Below are positions 48,548 to 59,483 of a stretch of 64,000 nt of DNA, one piece after another. Under the pieces are notes generated by a model that saw only the letters and a list, made by a program, of their open reading frames with translations, did no database searches and was not told the origin of the DNA. The stretch's first letter is position 1; each line of letters opens with the position of its first letter. Source of the DNA: a virus (Duplodnaviria; Heunggongvirae; Uroviricota; Caudoviricetes); IMG/VR virus record IMGVR_UViG_3300034283_001314. One strand, 5' to 3'. Made by a program: the position numbers and the translations under genes.

Positions 48548-48973
48548 ATGAGAACATACATAAAAAAATTACATCCAAACGCGGTTATACCTACATATGC
48601 AAAGCAAGGTGATGCTGGGATGGATTTAGTAGCAACTGAAATTCTAAACGAAGAAGCATTTCAAATTACATACGGAACAGGATTAGCAATGGAAATCCCA
48701 TTAGGATTTGTAGGATTAGTTTTCCCACGTTCATCAATTAGAAAATACGATTTAAGTTTAACAAATTGTGTGGGTGTAATTGATAGTGGATATAGAGGTG
48801 AACTACAAGCCACATTCAGAAAGGAAAGAGGAGTTGCATCTACGAAATATGAAGTAGGTGAAAGAATTGCACAAATTATGATTATTCCACATCCAGATAT
48901 TACCTTTATAGAAACCAATGAGCTTTCTGAAACCGATAGAGGTGAAGGTGCCTTTGGTTCAACAGGCAAGTAG
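48548..48973 (+). CDS. dut: dUTPase (trimeric)
   Basis: GDAGMDL, PRSS, GVIDSGYRGE, ERIAQ, RGEGAFGSTG. Confidence 0.95.
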   Translation: MRTYIKKLHPNAVIPTYAKQGDAGMDLVATEILNEEAFQITYGTGLAMEIPLGFVGLVFPRSSIRKYDLSLTNCVGVIDSGYRGELQATFRKERGVASTKYEVGERIAQIMIIPHPDITFIETNELSETDRGEGAFGSTGK

Positions 48974-48974
48974 T

Positions 48975-50198
48975 ATGATTTATTTACATGGACCATTTGA
49001 TAGTTCAACTAATAGAGCATTATTTTATAATACAAAATGGTGGGATTTATATCATAGATTTTTAGTATTAGAACCATCACATGAAATTGGAGATGAGCTA
49101 AGAAAAACTTTACATACGGAACAACGTGATTTTTTTGTAGAGAGTGCTTTTATTTATGATAGAGAATTTGAATTAGTAGAAGAACCAGGATATCATATTA
49201 TTCCTACCAATTTGATGGGATATCAATCTAATATTGCAGAAGCTATTAAAAAATATCCAAATAATAAATACTACATATTTGATACTGCAAATTTAGAACC
49301 ATATAATATTTTTGATAATATAGGTTATATTAAAAATAACCCTAATTGTATTTTTTACACTACACTAATAATCGGTGAACCTAATAAACTTTTTGATTTT
49401 GGATTTATATTAAGAAAATTCATAGCAAACAGAATTGTATTACAACATTATCAATGTAATGATATTTTTAAGAATACTAAAAAATCATATAGATTAGATT
49501 TATCAGTTAGAAATTTTCCTCAAAAAGATGAAAGGGTTGAGTTATTAAAAGTTTTACAAAATTATCAAAAGGATAATATTAATCTTAGAGTAAATGATTA
49601 CTATGTAAATAGGATGGAGCAATTATATGAATTTGCAACAAAACATAATAACGCAAATAAATTAGATCAATACAAAAATGAATTTAAGTTATTAGATAGA
49701 TTAAAACAAAGTTTAGTGCCAACTACTACATTAGTAGCTGGACAACAGGAACATATTGGGGCAATGAAATTAATTGATGTTACACTTTCATCGGATATAC
49801 AAATTATGTTTGAATCCAATCAAAATGGATTATATATACCAAATGAAAAAGAATGGTGTAACATTACTGAGAAAACAATTGATAATTTATTAATTGGTAA
49901 ACCATTCATAATTTGTAGTAAAGTAGCATATGATTTTTTAAAACACTTTGGACTTGAAACATATGAAACTGAATTAAAAATAGATTATGATGAAATTTGG
50001 GAAAATCCAGATTTTATAGTTAAAAATTTAACTAAGAATATAATCCGTATTTCAGAAATGGAACAAAATGAATATGAGATAATCTTAAATGAATGTGCTA
50101 TAGCAGCCGAAACAAATAGACAAAAATGTTTGGAATATATCGAAGAAAACACTATCTTAGATAATATAATAGATGATTACACTTTAAATTTTATATAA
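48975..50198 (+). CDS. Hypothetical protein, possibly glycan-modifying
   Basis: C-terminal ITEKT...KPFII...GLETY; start moved to ATG 48975. Confidence 0.55.
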   Translation: MIYLHGPFDSSTNRALFYNTKWWDLYHRFLVLEPSHEIGDELRKTLHTEQRDFFVESAFIYDREFELVEEPGYHIIPTNLMGYQSNIAEAIKKYPNNKYYIFDTANLEPYNIFDNIGYIKNNPNCIFYTTLIIGEPNKLFDFGFILRKFIANRIVLQHYQCNDIFKNTKKSYRLDLSVRNFPQKDERVELLKVLQNYQKDNINLRVNDYYVNRMEQLYEFATKHNNANKLDQYKNEFKLLDRLKQSLVPTTTLVAGQQEHIGAMKLIDVTLSSDIQIMFESNQNGLYIPNEKEWCNITEKTIDNLLIGKPFIICSKVAYDFLKHFGLETYETELKIDYDEIWENPDFIVKNLTKNIIRISEMEQNEYEIILNECAIAAETNRQKCLEYIEENTILDNIIDDYTLNFI

Positions 50199-51148
50199 TG
50201 AGCTTCTTTGAACAAGACAAAGCAACAAAAAAAGAAAATAGTTTGTGGGTAGAAAAATACAGACCACAAACATTAAAAGATTATATTGGTAACGAACTTC
50301 TTAAGGAAAAAGTTCAAAGTTACTTAGATAATAATGATGTTCCACACTTACTATTATATGGTAAAGCTGGGACAGGCAAAACAACATTGGCTAAAATTAT
50401 CGCAAACACAATTGAATGTGATTATATGGTAATTAACGCATCAGATGAAAACAATGTAGAGACAGTTCGTAATAAAGTAAAAAACTTTGCAAGTGGTGCA
50501 AGTTTTAAAGGATTTAAGATTATCATATTAGATGAGTTTGATTATATGACACCAAACGCACAGGCTATTCTTAGAAACTTAATGGAAACATTTAGTAGAC
50601 ATACTAGATTTATCTTAACGTGTAATTATCATGAAAAAATTATTGAACCAATTTTATCGCGTTGTCAAACTTTTGCAGTAAATCCTCCATCAAAGAAAGA
50701 AGTGGCAGTGCATGTTTCGGATATCTTAAATAAAGAAGCTATTAAATTTGATATAAAGGATTTAGCAGATATCATTACAAATTTTTATCCAGATATAAGA
50801 AGGGTTATGAATACCTGTCAATTACAATCATCTAAAGGTGAATTAAAAATTGATAGACAAACTATTTTACAGGCTGATTTCAAAAATAAAATTGTAGATA
50901 TATTAGCAGGTGGTGAGGAAAAGAGAAATGCATATATTCAAATCAGACAATTAGTGGGTGATAATAAAGTAAATGATTTCGCAGAACTATATTCAACCTT
51001 ATACGAAAGATTAGATGATTACGCAGCAGGAAATACGGCAAATGTAATCTTAGAATTATCACAAGGACAGTTTAGAGATGCATTGGTTATCGATAAAGAA
51101 ATCTGTTTTATGGCAACAATTATAGCAATTATAAACATTATTAAATAA
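50198..51148 (+). CDS. Clamp loader AAA+ subunit (RFC/gp44-like)
   Basis: WVEKYRP, GKAGTGKTT, INASDE, ILDEFD, SRC, DIRR. Confidence 0.92.
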   Translation: MSFFEQDKATKKENSLWVEKYRPQTLKDYIGNELLKEKVQSYLDNNDVPHLLLYGKAGTGKTTLAKIIANTIECDYMVINASDENNVETVRNKVKNFASGASFKGFKIIILDEFDYMTPNAQAILRNLMETFSRHTRFILTCNYHEKIIEPILSRCQTFAVNPPSKKEVAVHVSDILNKEAIKFDIKDLADIITNFYPDIRRVMNTCQLQSSKGELKIDRQTILQADFKNKIVDILAGGEEKRNAYIQIRQLVGDNKVNDFAELYSTLYERLDDYAAGNTANVILELSQGQFRDALVIDKEICFMATIIAIINIIK

Positions 51149-51155
51149 ATAAAAT

Positions 51156-51470
51156 ATGGCAAAGAAAGAGGAATTTAAATTAGCAAAACCATTAGGTGAT
51201 AGAGTTCTAATTGAAATTGAAACGAAAGAAAAGACAGTGGGTGGTATTATCATTCCTGATTCGGTAAGAGTAGGTGATAATAAGATTGGAAGGGTCGTAG
51301 CAGTTGGTGACGGTGTGTATACCCATAGTGGAGTTAAAGTTCCAATGACAATTAAACCAGGTGATAATGTATTACTACCTACCGGAGAAATGAGTTTACA
51401 AAGAATTAAATTAGAAAACAATGATTATCTTTTGTGTAGAGAGATGGATTTACTAATGGTAATCAGATAA
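51156..51470 (+). CDS. groES: Co-chaperonin GroES
   Basis: KPLGDRVLI, GGIIIPD, VVAVGDG, KPGDNVL. Confidence 0.9.
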   Translation: MAKKEEFKLAKPLGDRVLIEIETKEKTVGGIIIPDSVRVGDNKIGRVVAVGDGVYTHSGVKVPMTIKPGDNVLLPTGEMSLQRIKLENNDYLLCREMDLLMVIR

Positions 51471-51481
51471 AAATATAAGAT

Positions 51482-51739
51482 ATGCAACCAATGGATTTAT
51501 CAAACTTAGGACAACAATCAGCAGCACAACCTGATTTAAGTAAAACAACGGCATTAGAATGTAAGTGTGGTGGACAATTTTTCTCACCTGCTATTCATTT
51601 TAGACAAGAAAGTGCATTAGCAAGTACAAGTGGACAATCACAAACTATTCCGGTAGAGGTTTATTTGTGTATTGATTGTGGTGAAGTATTTGACCAGTTA
51701 TTACCAAAATCATTAAGACCAGATAATGGCCAAGATTAA
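51482..51739 (+). CDS. Small Zn-ribbon protein
   Basis: CKCGG...CIDCG. Confidence 0.65.
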   Translation: MQPMDLSNLGQQSAAQPDLSKTTALECKCGGQFFSPAIHFRQESALASTSGQSQTIPVEVYLCIDCGEVFDQLLPKSLRPDNGQD

Positions 51740-52214
51740 AAAAGAAACAAATGAAGTTACAGCAAAGAGATTGGGATTATTTGACCATATCTCAGCTGTA
51801 ACGGAATATCAAGATCCGGAGTATTGGGATAAAATATCAGATGATGATAAAAAGACATTTGGTAACTTTATTATACAAAGGTATCTATCTATGAATCCTG
51901 ATTGGATAGAGTGGATGGCAGATGTGCAACCATATATTCAATCACTACCAAATGAATATTTCTATCGTTTTTTTATTGATATGATTCCACCTAAAAAATA
52001 TTATCTAAAGTATATTAAAGGTAGAAAGGCAACTGAATACGAAGACTGGTTAATGGAATTAATTATAAAAGAATATATGTGTTCCTCTAAAGAGGCATGT
52101 GATTATTTAGAAATATTATACAACACTAGAGACGGTAGAGAACAAATTCAATCTATTTGTCAAAAATACGGAATTGATAAAAAACTAATAACATCGCTTA
52201 AGTTAAAAATCTGA
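51726..52214 (+). CDS. Clamp loader small subunit (gp62-like)
   Basis: LFDHI, FIIQRYLSM, YLKYIK, SSKEA.DYL; near the RFC gene. Confidence 0.6.
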   Translation: MAKIKKETNEVTAKRLGLFDHISAVTEYQDPEYWDKISDDDKKTFGNFIIQRYLSMNPDWIEWMADVQPYIQSLPNEYFYRFFIDMIPPKKYYLKYIKGRKATEYEDWLMELIIKEYMCSSKEACDYLEILYNTRDGREQIQSICQKYGIDKKLITSLKLKI

Positions 52215-52263
52215 TAATAATCAGTATTTATTCTATACTTATATAAGTAAAAGGAGTAAATAA

Positions 52264-52914
52264 ATGAAAGCAAAGTTATTAGAATTAAAAGAAAATTGGA
52301 ATGATATATTTATATCATTTCTTGCATACATTGGATTGGCATGGGTAATAATTGCATTACTATTCCAATTTACAATGATTGGTTTACATTATACTGGAAG
52401 TGATATTCCTACTCAAGTTGGAAATTGGTTCGATCATAAATTTAATGGTTCGTTTAAAAATATGCCAGGTAATATTTGGTATAACGCAGATGAACACATT
52501 TGGGTTGAAAGTGTTACTAATGAAGTTAAGATTGGTAAATTAGCAGGTAATAGAAAATTAGAGTTCGGAGTAAAAAATATATTAGAAGAATTCTTACAAG
52601 AAAAAGAGTATAACCTATCTCCAACTTCAACTAATAAATTATTAGTACAAATTATATTTTTAGATGTTCTTACAACAAAAAAGAATGTATCTGTTTTTCA
52701 TAAAAATGAAGAAGAAGTTGTAATTCGATTAAGAGGAGTATTGAAATCTCCTGGTAAAAAAGATAAAGTAGTTATTGTAGAAGAGTCCTCATCAGAAATT
52801 TCAATGAGTACATTGATAGTGGATGAAGGTGGTGGTTTTAATCAAACAAGTTTAAGTAATGCACTTAAAAAAAGTTGTGATAAACTAATCACTAAATTAT
52901 CAGAGGTTAAATAA
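52264..52914 (+). CDS. Membrane-anchored CsgG-fold-like protein
   Basis: N-terminal TM; shares GV.NI..E.L and FNQ.S.S.A.KK..D with 62271. Confidence 0.5.
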   Translation: MKAKLLELKENWNDIFISFLAYIGLAWVIIALLFQFTMIGLHYTGSDIPTQVGNWFDHKFNGSFKNMPGNIWYNADEHIWVESVTNEVKIGKLAGNRKLEFGVKNILEEFLQEKEYNLSPTSTNKLLVQIIFLDVLTTKKNVSVFHKNEEEVVIRLRGVLKSPGKKDKVVIVEESSSEISMSTLIVDEGGGFNQTSLSNALKKSCDKLITKLSEVK

Positions 52915-52916
52915 AA

Positions 52917-54569
52917 ATGAAGAAATTCTTTATTATTTTAGGGGTAACAATACTATCCCTATTAGCATTTACAGCAAATGCACAATTAAATATTAGTCAA
53001 TCATTAACTCCAACAACTGGATTAAAAGTTGGTGATACGATTACGATTCGATATAATCTAACAAAAGGAGACACTATTGTTAATCCTCGTTATCTTTGGT
53101 TTAGATACCAATTTAACAATAAGGCATTGACTTACCTTTCAACTGAATTTAATCAGGGTGCATCAACACAAACATTTTATACAGGTTGGGCTAATTATAA
53201 GTTCACTCCAAATGTAGGTGCAAATGATAACGCTTTGAATTTACAATATAGTTTGAGTCCTTGGAATTATGCAGTAAATGCAGATTGGAATGTTGGTCAA
53301 TTAACAATTCAAAGAGCAGACCGTTCTATTACTGGATTGTTGGCAACACAAAAATACATTTTAAAAGACCAAAATACTTATAACAACATTTTCAAAATAG
53401 ACTTAGCAACTGGTACTGATACAACTGGTGCAAATGTTGGTACTATTACCGGTGGTGGGTTTTCATCTATATCAAATGTAACAGGTAACACATCTCAATT
53501 TAAGGTAAGAGTTCTATTCCCACAAGGATATGCAATTAGTGACCATAATGTTCAATTGATGAGATTGAAAACAGATGGTAGTGGTGATATTGATTGGTCA
53601 CAACAACCTATTACACAAGCTGCATTAGATGCAAGTGGTGAGGTAATATTCACATCAGGAGTTAAAGTTGGTGATAGTGTTGGTGTATTTATATCGCCTG
53701 CTTCTCAAAAGACTTGGATGAATAATGTAATCACAGTTTCAGATGCATATAAAGCATTTTTAGGACACTCTCAAACTGATATTACTGGAACTGCAAACTT
53801 CTTTACAAGACCTGTTTTGGAAAGAAAAATAGGTAATGTAACAAAGAACGATATGACATTCAACGAAGCTGACTCATATAACTTATTTGCATATGTAATC
53901 GGACAAGATGTATCTACAAATGCATTTATCCCAACATCAACTTCAACTTCGTGGAGATGGCATAGTGGTTTGTTGAATCAAAGTTGGTTAGATGGTGTTA
54001 CTAAGAATAGAGTATATGTTACGGCTCCATCACAAACCGTTGATGCGGTATTTGCATGGGCAGGTGATTTAAACTGGTCACACTCATCACATCCTGACAC
54101 AATTGCAACTAGAATTACACAAGGTACTTTTACAAACTCAATAAACGATAGAAACTTCCAATCACTTTCAGTAAAATCAATGTCATATACTCAACCTACA
54201 TTTGAAAAGGCAACATTGGGTATTAACTCTACTTTGGAAAATGGTAAAGTTATATTAACTGCAACATTGACAAAAGAAGGATTGGCGGGTTTACAAGTTA
54301 TTATGAATTATGACGAAAGTAAATTAACTTTAGATAATGTTTCATTTGATGCAGGAAGTACAATTACAAACTTCTCAACTCGTGATGGTAGTAGATTAAC
54401 ATTTGGTTCTATTGACCAATTAAAGACAGCAAGAATCAAAGTAGGAACACCATATAGATTAGTATTCACACCAAAAGAAACTTTAACAAATACTGCAGGA
54501 TTATTCTATTTTATATTAGCAGATGCAGTTGATGGTTTGGGTAAGAAAGTTGATTTGACAATAGAATAA
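52917..54569 (+). CDS. Secreted protein with cohesin-like and dockerin-like modules
   Basis: Signal peptide ending ANA-Q; VGDTITI; GNVTKND.TFNEADSY; GLQVIMNYDESKL. Confidence 0.6.
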   Translation: MKKFFIILGVTILSLLAFTANAQLNISQSLTPTTGLKVGDTITIRYNLTKGDTIVNPRYLWFRYQFNNKALTYLSTEFNQGASTQTFYTGWANYKFTPNVGANDNALNLQYSLSPWNYAVNADWNVGQLTIQRADRSITGLLATQKYILKDQNTYNNIFKIDLATGTDTTGANVGTITGGGFSSISNVTGNTSQFKVRVLFPQGYAISDHNVQLMRLKTDGSGDIDWSQQPITQAALDASGEVIFTSGVKVGDSVGVFISPASQKTWMNNVITVSDAYKAFLGHSQTDITGTANFFTRPVLERKIGNVTKNDMTFNEADSYNLFAYVIGQDVSTNAFIPTSTSTSWRWHSGLLNQSWLDGVTKNRVYVTAPSQTVDAVFAWAGDLNWSHSSHPDTIATRITQGTFTNSINDRNFQSLSVKSMSYTQPTFEKATLGINSTLENGKVILTATLTKEGLAGLQVIMNYDESKLTLDNVSFDAGSTITNFSTRDGSRLTFGSIDQLKTARIKVGTPYRLVFTPKETLTNTAGLFYFILADAVDGLGKKVDLTIE

Positions 54570-54570
54570 T

Positions 54571-55224
54571 ATGAGTTATTTAGTAGCCAACATACCACCA
54601 ATTGAAGTCTTAGTAGATAAGAAATTTTTATACGATTTTCAAAAAGATGAGAAAGGTAATTATTTGGGTGATGGTGAATGGGAAACGGGACATTGGGTAA
54701 GTGTTAAATCAATTGCAAATCGTGCATTGTTATTTGAAACTTACATTGATGCATTTGGAGCAGTATATGACAAATTACCTATCCACGCATTCCGTTGGAG
54801 ACCATTAGAAACGACAGATAGGGTGTTTCCTTTGGACTTCTTACAACTTTGGGATTGTCTATCATATAACATATCAGTTATCGAAAAAAGGGTTCTAAGG
54901 GGTGTTAAAACCTATACCACAATGAAAGACCATTCGGTAATAGAGGGTGATTATCTATTTACAATTGATACATCACATTCTGACCCAAATGAAATAGATT
55001 GTGGATGGAGTGAAACACCAAACGAACATAAATGTTATAATGTATCTAAATTGGAAAATGGTCAACTATGTGCACAACCAAATAATAGAACAAGATTTCA
55101 CCAACCAAGTAGAACTGCAGATATTACTCAAATACCTTACTTTAGATATTCTACAAAAGTGTGGAAATGTGAAGATTTTGGTAAATGGAGGCCCTCGGAC
55201 ATAAATTGGGATTATACCACATAA
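54571..55224 (+). CDS. Hypothetical phage protein
   Basis: YLVANIPP, YDKLPIHAF, LQLWDC, YLFTID, EHK, AQPNNR. Confidence 0.65.
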   Translation: MSYLVANIPPIEVLVDKKFLYDFQKDEKGNYLGDGEWETGHWVSVKSIANRALLFETYIDAFGAVYDKLPIHAFRWRPLETTDRVFPLDFLQLWDCLSYNISVIEKRVLRGVKTYTTMKDHSVIEGDYLFTIDTSHSDPNEIDCGWSETPNEHKCYNVSKLENGQLCAQPNNRTRFHQPSRTADITQIPYFRYSTKVWKCEDFGKWRPSDINWDYTT

Positions 55225-55225
55225 T

Positions 55226-57544
55226 ATGAAACATCTATTAGTTATATTATTTTTATTAACATCATTTTTAGGGTTCGGACAAAGTGTATCTGCTCCGGAC
55301 TCTAAATCGTTTATACCATCCACTACCGGACAAGATGCAAGTGGATTTGTATTGAGTGGATTTAGTTCTACTGCAACACTATTAGCATCAATCAGTTTAG
55401 TTAATCCACCATCAGGTACAACATTCGTATTAAACACAACAACAGGTTTAACTGCCGCAAGTGGATTTACTTTAAGTGGTAATAAGACTCGTTTAGTAGT
55501 AACGGGAACAATGGTAGATATTAACACCGCATTGGCATCACTTAAAGTAAACACAGGTTCTATAAAAGGAAATGTTTTATTATCTGTGGCAGCAACAATC
55601 AATCCAACGGGATATTTCTACAATGGTGTAAACGGACATTTTTATAGACCAATATCAACCGGAGCAACTTATACAAACGCAAGAATTTTATCCGAAGCAA
55701 CAACATTCAAAGGACAAAAAGGATATTTAGTAACAATCACTTCCGCAGATGAAGATTTGTTTATTTTTAATAATGTTCCACAAAGTAGTATTTGGTTTGC
55801 ACTAACGGATGAAGAAACGGAAGGTCAATGGAAAATTGATGCCGGTCCTGAAAAAGGAACTCTAATCAAAACATCAAACGGGCAAACTGCAGGAAACATA
55901 CAAGGACAATACAATAACTGGGCAGGTGGTGAACCAAACAATAGTGGTAACGAAGATTATGCAGTAACTAAATGGGGTGGTGGTTCTCAATGGAATGATT
56001 TACCAAATGGGTTTAGTTGTGCTTATGTAATTGAATTTGGAACTTGGACTAATCCAGATGATGCAACATTTACAGAGTTTTATACTAATTCAGTAACTCA
56101 CTCAAACGGAGAAGTCCTAACTGCACGATTCAATTTTGACTTTGGTAGTAATGTGGATGAAACTAAATTTTCAGCAAAAGCAAACACATATAAAAATAAT
56201 ATATGGGATGTAACAACCAACGCATCAAGAACATTAAGTGGATTAGGTAAAGCAGATATTACAAATGATTTAGATACTACCAAATACCCAACAGGAACTA
56301 AATATGTAAACTTAACACCTGGTGAAATTGAATTTTGTGTTATATACGAATACGATGCAACCAATAAAAGATATAGAGTTGGTTTAGATAGTAGATTATG
56401 GGAATACACACAAAACGCTCCGGTATGGAATGATGTAAAAAACTTAAAACTTTTTGATTTATACAACGGACCAGTAATACCAAATTCAACTGGAAGTGGT
56501 GATGTTTGGTGGAATGAATATTACATTTATACTGATACTCAATTTAATTATGCAAATTCAACATATCAATCAAATTTAAGAAATGGTGGTGGTTATTATG
56601 CATTAAAATTGGCATCAACTTTTACATTTGGTGATAATACATCTTTGGCACAACACGGAATTGATTTATCATATACCAATCAAACTGAATTAAATACTTT
56701 GTATAGTAGTATAGTTAGTGTTGCAGATGTATATTTGGCATTTAAAGAATTATCAAATGGTGGGTTGTTTGGTAATGAAACTGGTAATGAGTTTGGATAT
56801 GGTATTCAATATATGAACGCCGATGTAAATGGTGATGGTTTATTTAATGAAGCAGATACATATAAATTACTGCAACATTTAACGGGTGTAGAATCACTTA
56901 CACAATATTCAACCCTAACATATTTGATGAAACTATATGGTAAATCGGAATATGATGGTATTACAAAATCAAATTGGAATACACAATTCAATTCAACGAG
57001 AAGTTTATATCCATTCAGTTTAAATACCGGAACACTTAATAACACATATAATGTTAGTGTAAGTTGGAGAGGTGATGTAAATCTTTCACATTCAGCAATA
57101 CCTGTGGTTAATACAACCGCAAGCAATTCGGTTAGAAGTAGTATGAGTGTTAAAACAATGAGTTCACCAATATCAAACGAAATCAACGCATCAATCATAA
57201 CTGAAATAATAGGTGATAGTGTTTATGCATATATTACAATAGACCCACTACAACAAGAATTAGTAGGAACTCAATTACATTTAAATTATGATAATAGTTT
57301 GTTAAAGTTTGGTAGTGTATCTTATAAAACAATAGGTTCACCAACCAATTACGGAACGGACAAAAGTGATTATGTGAATTTTGGTTCATTGATTACCGAT
57401 GGTGGTGTTTTGAATAACACAACGGAATATAAAATTACATTTACAACTAAAACAAAATTGGATAATATATTGGGATTGGTTTCGGTTGGATTTATGGATG
57501 CAGTTAACAAAAGTGGGAAAACATTAAAAATAATAATGAAATAA
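55226..57544 (+). CDS. Secreted protein: C-type lectin-like + dockerin-like + cohesin-like
   Basis: Signal peptide; GYLVTITS..E, WFALTD...EGQWK, YNNWAGGEPNN, WNDL; ADVNGDGLFNEADTY; GTQLHLNYDNSLL. Confidence 0.7.
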   Translation: MKHLLVILFLLTSFLGFGQSVSAPDSKSFIPSTTGQDASGFVLSGFSSTATLLASISLVNPPSGTTFVLNTTTGLTAASGFTLSGNKTRLVVTGTMVDINTALASLKVNTGSIKGNVLLSVAATINPTGYFYNGVNGHFYRPISTGATYTNARILSEATTFKGQKGYLVTITSADEDLFIFNNVPQSSIWFALTDEETEGQWKIDAGPEKGTLIKTSNGQTAGNIQGQYNNWAGGEPNNSGNEDYAVTKWGGGSQWNDLPNGFSCAYVIEFGTWTNPDDATFTEFYTNSVTHSNGEVLTARFNFDFGSNVDETKFSAKANTYKNNIWDVTTNASRTLSGLGKADITNDLDTTKYPTGTKYVNLTPGEIEFCVIYEYDATNKRYRVGLDSRLWEYTQNAPVWNDVKNLKLFDLYNGPVIPNSTGSGDVWWNEYYIYTDTQFNYANSTYQSNLRNGGGYYALKLASTFTFGDNTSLAQHGIDLSYTNQTELNTLYSSIVSVADVYLAFKELSNGGLFGNETGNEFGYGIQYMNADVNGDGLFNEADTYKLLQHLTGVESLTQYSTLTYLMKLYGKSEYDGITKSNWNTQFNSTRSLYPFSLNTGTLNNTYNVSVSWRGDVNLSHSAIPVVNTTASNSVRSSMSVKTMSSPISNEINASIITEIIGDSVYAYITIDPLQQELVGTQLHLNYDNSLLKFGSVSYKTIGSPTNYGTDKSDYVNFGSLITDGGVLNNTTEYKITFTTKTKLDNILGLVSVGFMDAVNKSGKTLKIIMK

Positions 57545-57557
57545 AAAACTAAAAATT

Positions 57558-57854
57558 ATGAATGTATCGTTTGATTATAATGAAATGAAGAATTTTATAT
57601 CACACACAGGTAAATATAAAATTGTAAATGTTAAGTGTTTTATTCAAGTTCCTAGTAGTTGGTATAATCAATTTAGAAGAGAAGAAGAAGAAGTAGAGAT
57701 GGAAGTGACTTACCTAATAGATGATATTGAGACTGAAAAATGGATATTTGACGAAAGATATAGAAAAAGAAAAGACGAACTTATGAGATGGAGTATCGAA
57801 TCAGTTTTTTACAGAGAATTCAAAAGTAAAATATTAGATTTATTATATAAATGA
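57558..57854 (+). CDS. Hypothetical protein
   Basis: ORF track. Confidence 0.55.
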   Translation: MNVSFDYNEMKNFISHTGKYKIVNVKCFIQVPSSWYNQFRREEEEVEMEVTYLIDDIETEKWIFDERYRKRKDELMRWSIESVFYREFKSKILDLLYK

Positions 57855-58744
57855 AAAAACTATTATTAATCATATCGTTAGTTTTAATTGGGTTTGTTGC
57901 AAACTCACAAATCCAAAAACCTGATACATTACAACTATCTGCAAAGGAACTATTTGGAGAAAGTGATGATTGGAACGATGTGGGTATATTACAATCATAT
58001 GTTAATTTTTCAAAAGATGTACTTTCATCATCAAATCTTTCAATTGGTGTAATTGGTAGACAAGTATCAACTACTCTTAATTTTGGATACCATAAATCAT
58101 CTTTAAATGGACAATGGGGACATTCATTTGCAGCATCAATAAATCCTATATGGAACTATTATGGTGTGGGATATGGACTTAGTAGAAATACAGAAAAAAG
58201 AACAACAACAATACAAACATTTTATTCTACGGACTTTGATTTCCAAAAAGATATTAACCTATCTTTTATAGATGTGTTTAGAACAAAAAAGTATGGAACA
58301 TTCGGTTATAGTTTAACAGTATCAAAATCATTTTGGGGAACTTATCAAGGTGAATGGGAAGGAAAATATACGGTAGATGAAAATGGTGATTTTAAAGATT
58401 TAATATATCCAATGATGCCGGCATCATCTGAACTTACTTATAGAGGTATGGTGATGTACACTTATACATTGAAAACAAAAAGGGTAGATATTTCACCACA
58501 AGTATTCGCAATGAGTGATGTATATAAAGTATTCAAAGATGGTACTGAATCGGATTTGGCATATGTGGATGATTTCAATTTGGACTTATATTATGGTGTG
58601 TCTATGGATTGGAAAATAACTAAAAGATTTGTATTAAACACTAATATCAGATATAACACAACTTGGGATAAATTAAGTGAGTCAGTTGGATATAAAAAGA
58701 GTAACCCAATCCTATTTATGATAGGAACAAACTTTCAATTTTAA
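57851..58744 (+). CDS. Putative outer-membrane beta-barrel
   Basis: Signal peptide; alternating aromatic/Gly strands; C-terminal IGTNFQF (BAM-type terminal Phe). Confidence 0.65.
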   Translation: MKKLLLIISLVLIGFVANSQIQKPDTLQLSAKELFGESDDWNDVGILQSYVNFSKDVLSSSNLSIGVIGRQVSTTLNFGYHKSSLNGQWGHSFAASINPIWNYYGVGYGLSRNTEKRTTTIQTFYSTDFDFQKDINLSFIDVFRTKKYGTFGYSLTVSKSFWGTYQGEWEGKYTVDENGDFKDLIYPMMPASSELTYRGMVMYTYTLKTKRVDISPQVFAMSDVYKVFKDGTESDLAYVDDFNLDLYYGVSMDWKITKRFVLNTNIRYNTTWDKLSESVGYKKSNPILFMIGTNFQF

Positions 58745-59085
58745 TGAAAAAGATATTATTCATATTAATTTTATCATTGGTAGCATGTAGAAAAACACAA
58801 GTTCCACCAATACCACAACCTGTTCCAAACATATTTAGTGTTAAAGAAAGTAGTGTAACAAATGGACAAGAAATACAATTTGAATTAACTCAAACTGGGG
58901 TATATACATTAACAATTGGTGATAGTGTAACTAAACAAGTTTTGACAAGAGAAAGATTTAATGGACAAATTGGACAAAATAAAAAGAAAATATACACTAA
59001 AGGACTAGAAAGTAAATATTTATATCTGTTATTGGAAGATGTTACTAAAAATAAATTAGGTAAAACAATAATAGTAGTAAAATAA
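58744..59085 (+). CDS. Lipoprotein
   Basis: Lipobox LVAC after a hydrophobic signal. Confidence 0.7.
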   Translation: MKKILFILILSLVACRKTQVPPIPQPVPNIFSVKESSVTNGQEIQFELTQTGVYTLTIGDSVTKQVLTRERFNGQIGQNKKKIYTKGLESKYLYLLLEDVTKNKLGKTIIVVK

Positions 59086-59086
59086 A

Positions 59087-59470
59087 ATGAGAAAAATTGA
59101 TAAACTTTTAGGATTAGGATTTTTGGTAACCCTTTTGGCATTGAGTTGTAGAAAGATTGACTTACCTGCACCAATTGCACAAGAATTACCAACGGAATTA
59201 AAAATATCAAATTCAGTAGGTATTAAATTACAAACTGCATTCGTAACTTCGGAAGTTGCAATGAATGTGAAAAGTGATGTAGCACAAACTGTGACTATTA
59301 GAATATTTGATATTGCAAACAAAGTTGTATCAAAATCTACAAGTGATGTTAATGTTGGTGACAATGTATTAAAAGTATATACAAATGCACTACCATCATC
59401 TGCTTATAGAATTGGAATATACGATATGAGTGGTAAACAATTAGGAATAACAGATTTTAACAAATTATAA
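59087..59470 (+). CDS. Lipoprotein with Ig-like, T9SS-CTD-like domain
   Basis: Lipobox LALSC; VTIRIFDIANKVV...LPSSAYRI..YDMSGKQL...FNKL. Confidence 0.65.
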   Translation: MRKIDKLLGLGFLVTLLALSCRKIDLPAPIAQELPTELKISNSVGIKLQTAFVTSEVAMNVKSDVAQTVTIRIFDIANKVVSKSTSDVNVGDNVLKVYTNALPSSAYRIGIYDMSGKQLGITDFNKL

Positions 59471-59483
59471 AAAACAAAAATTT

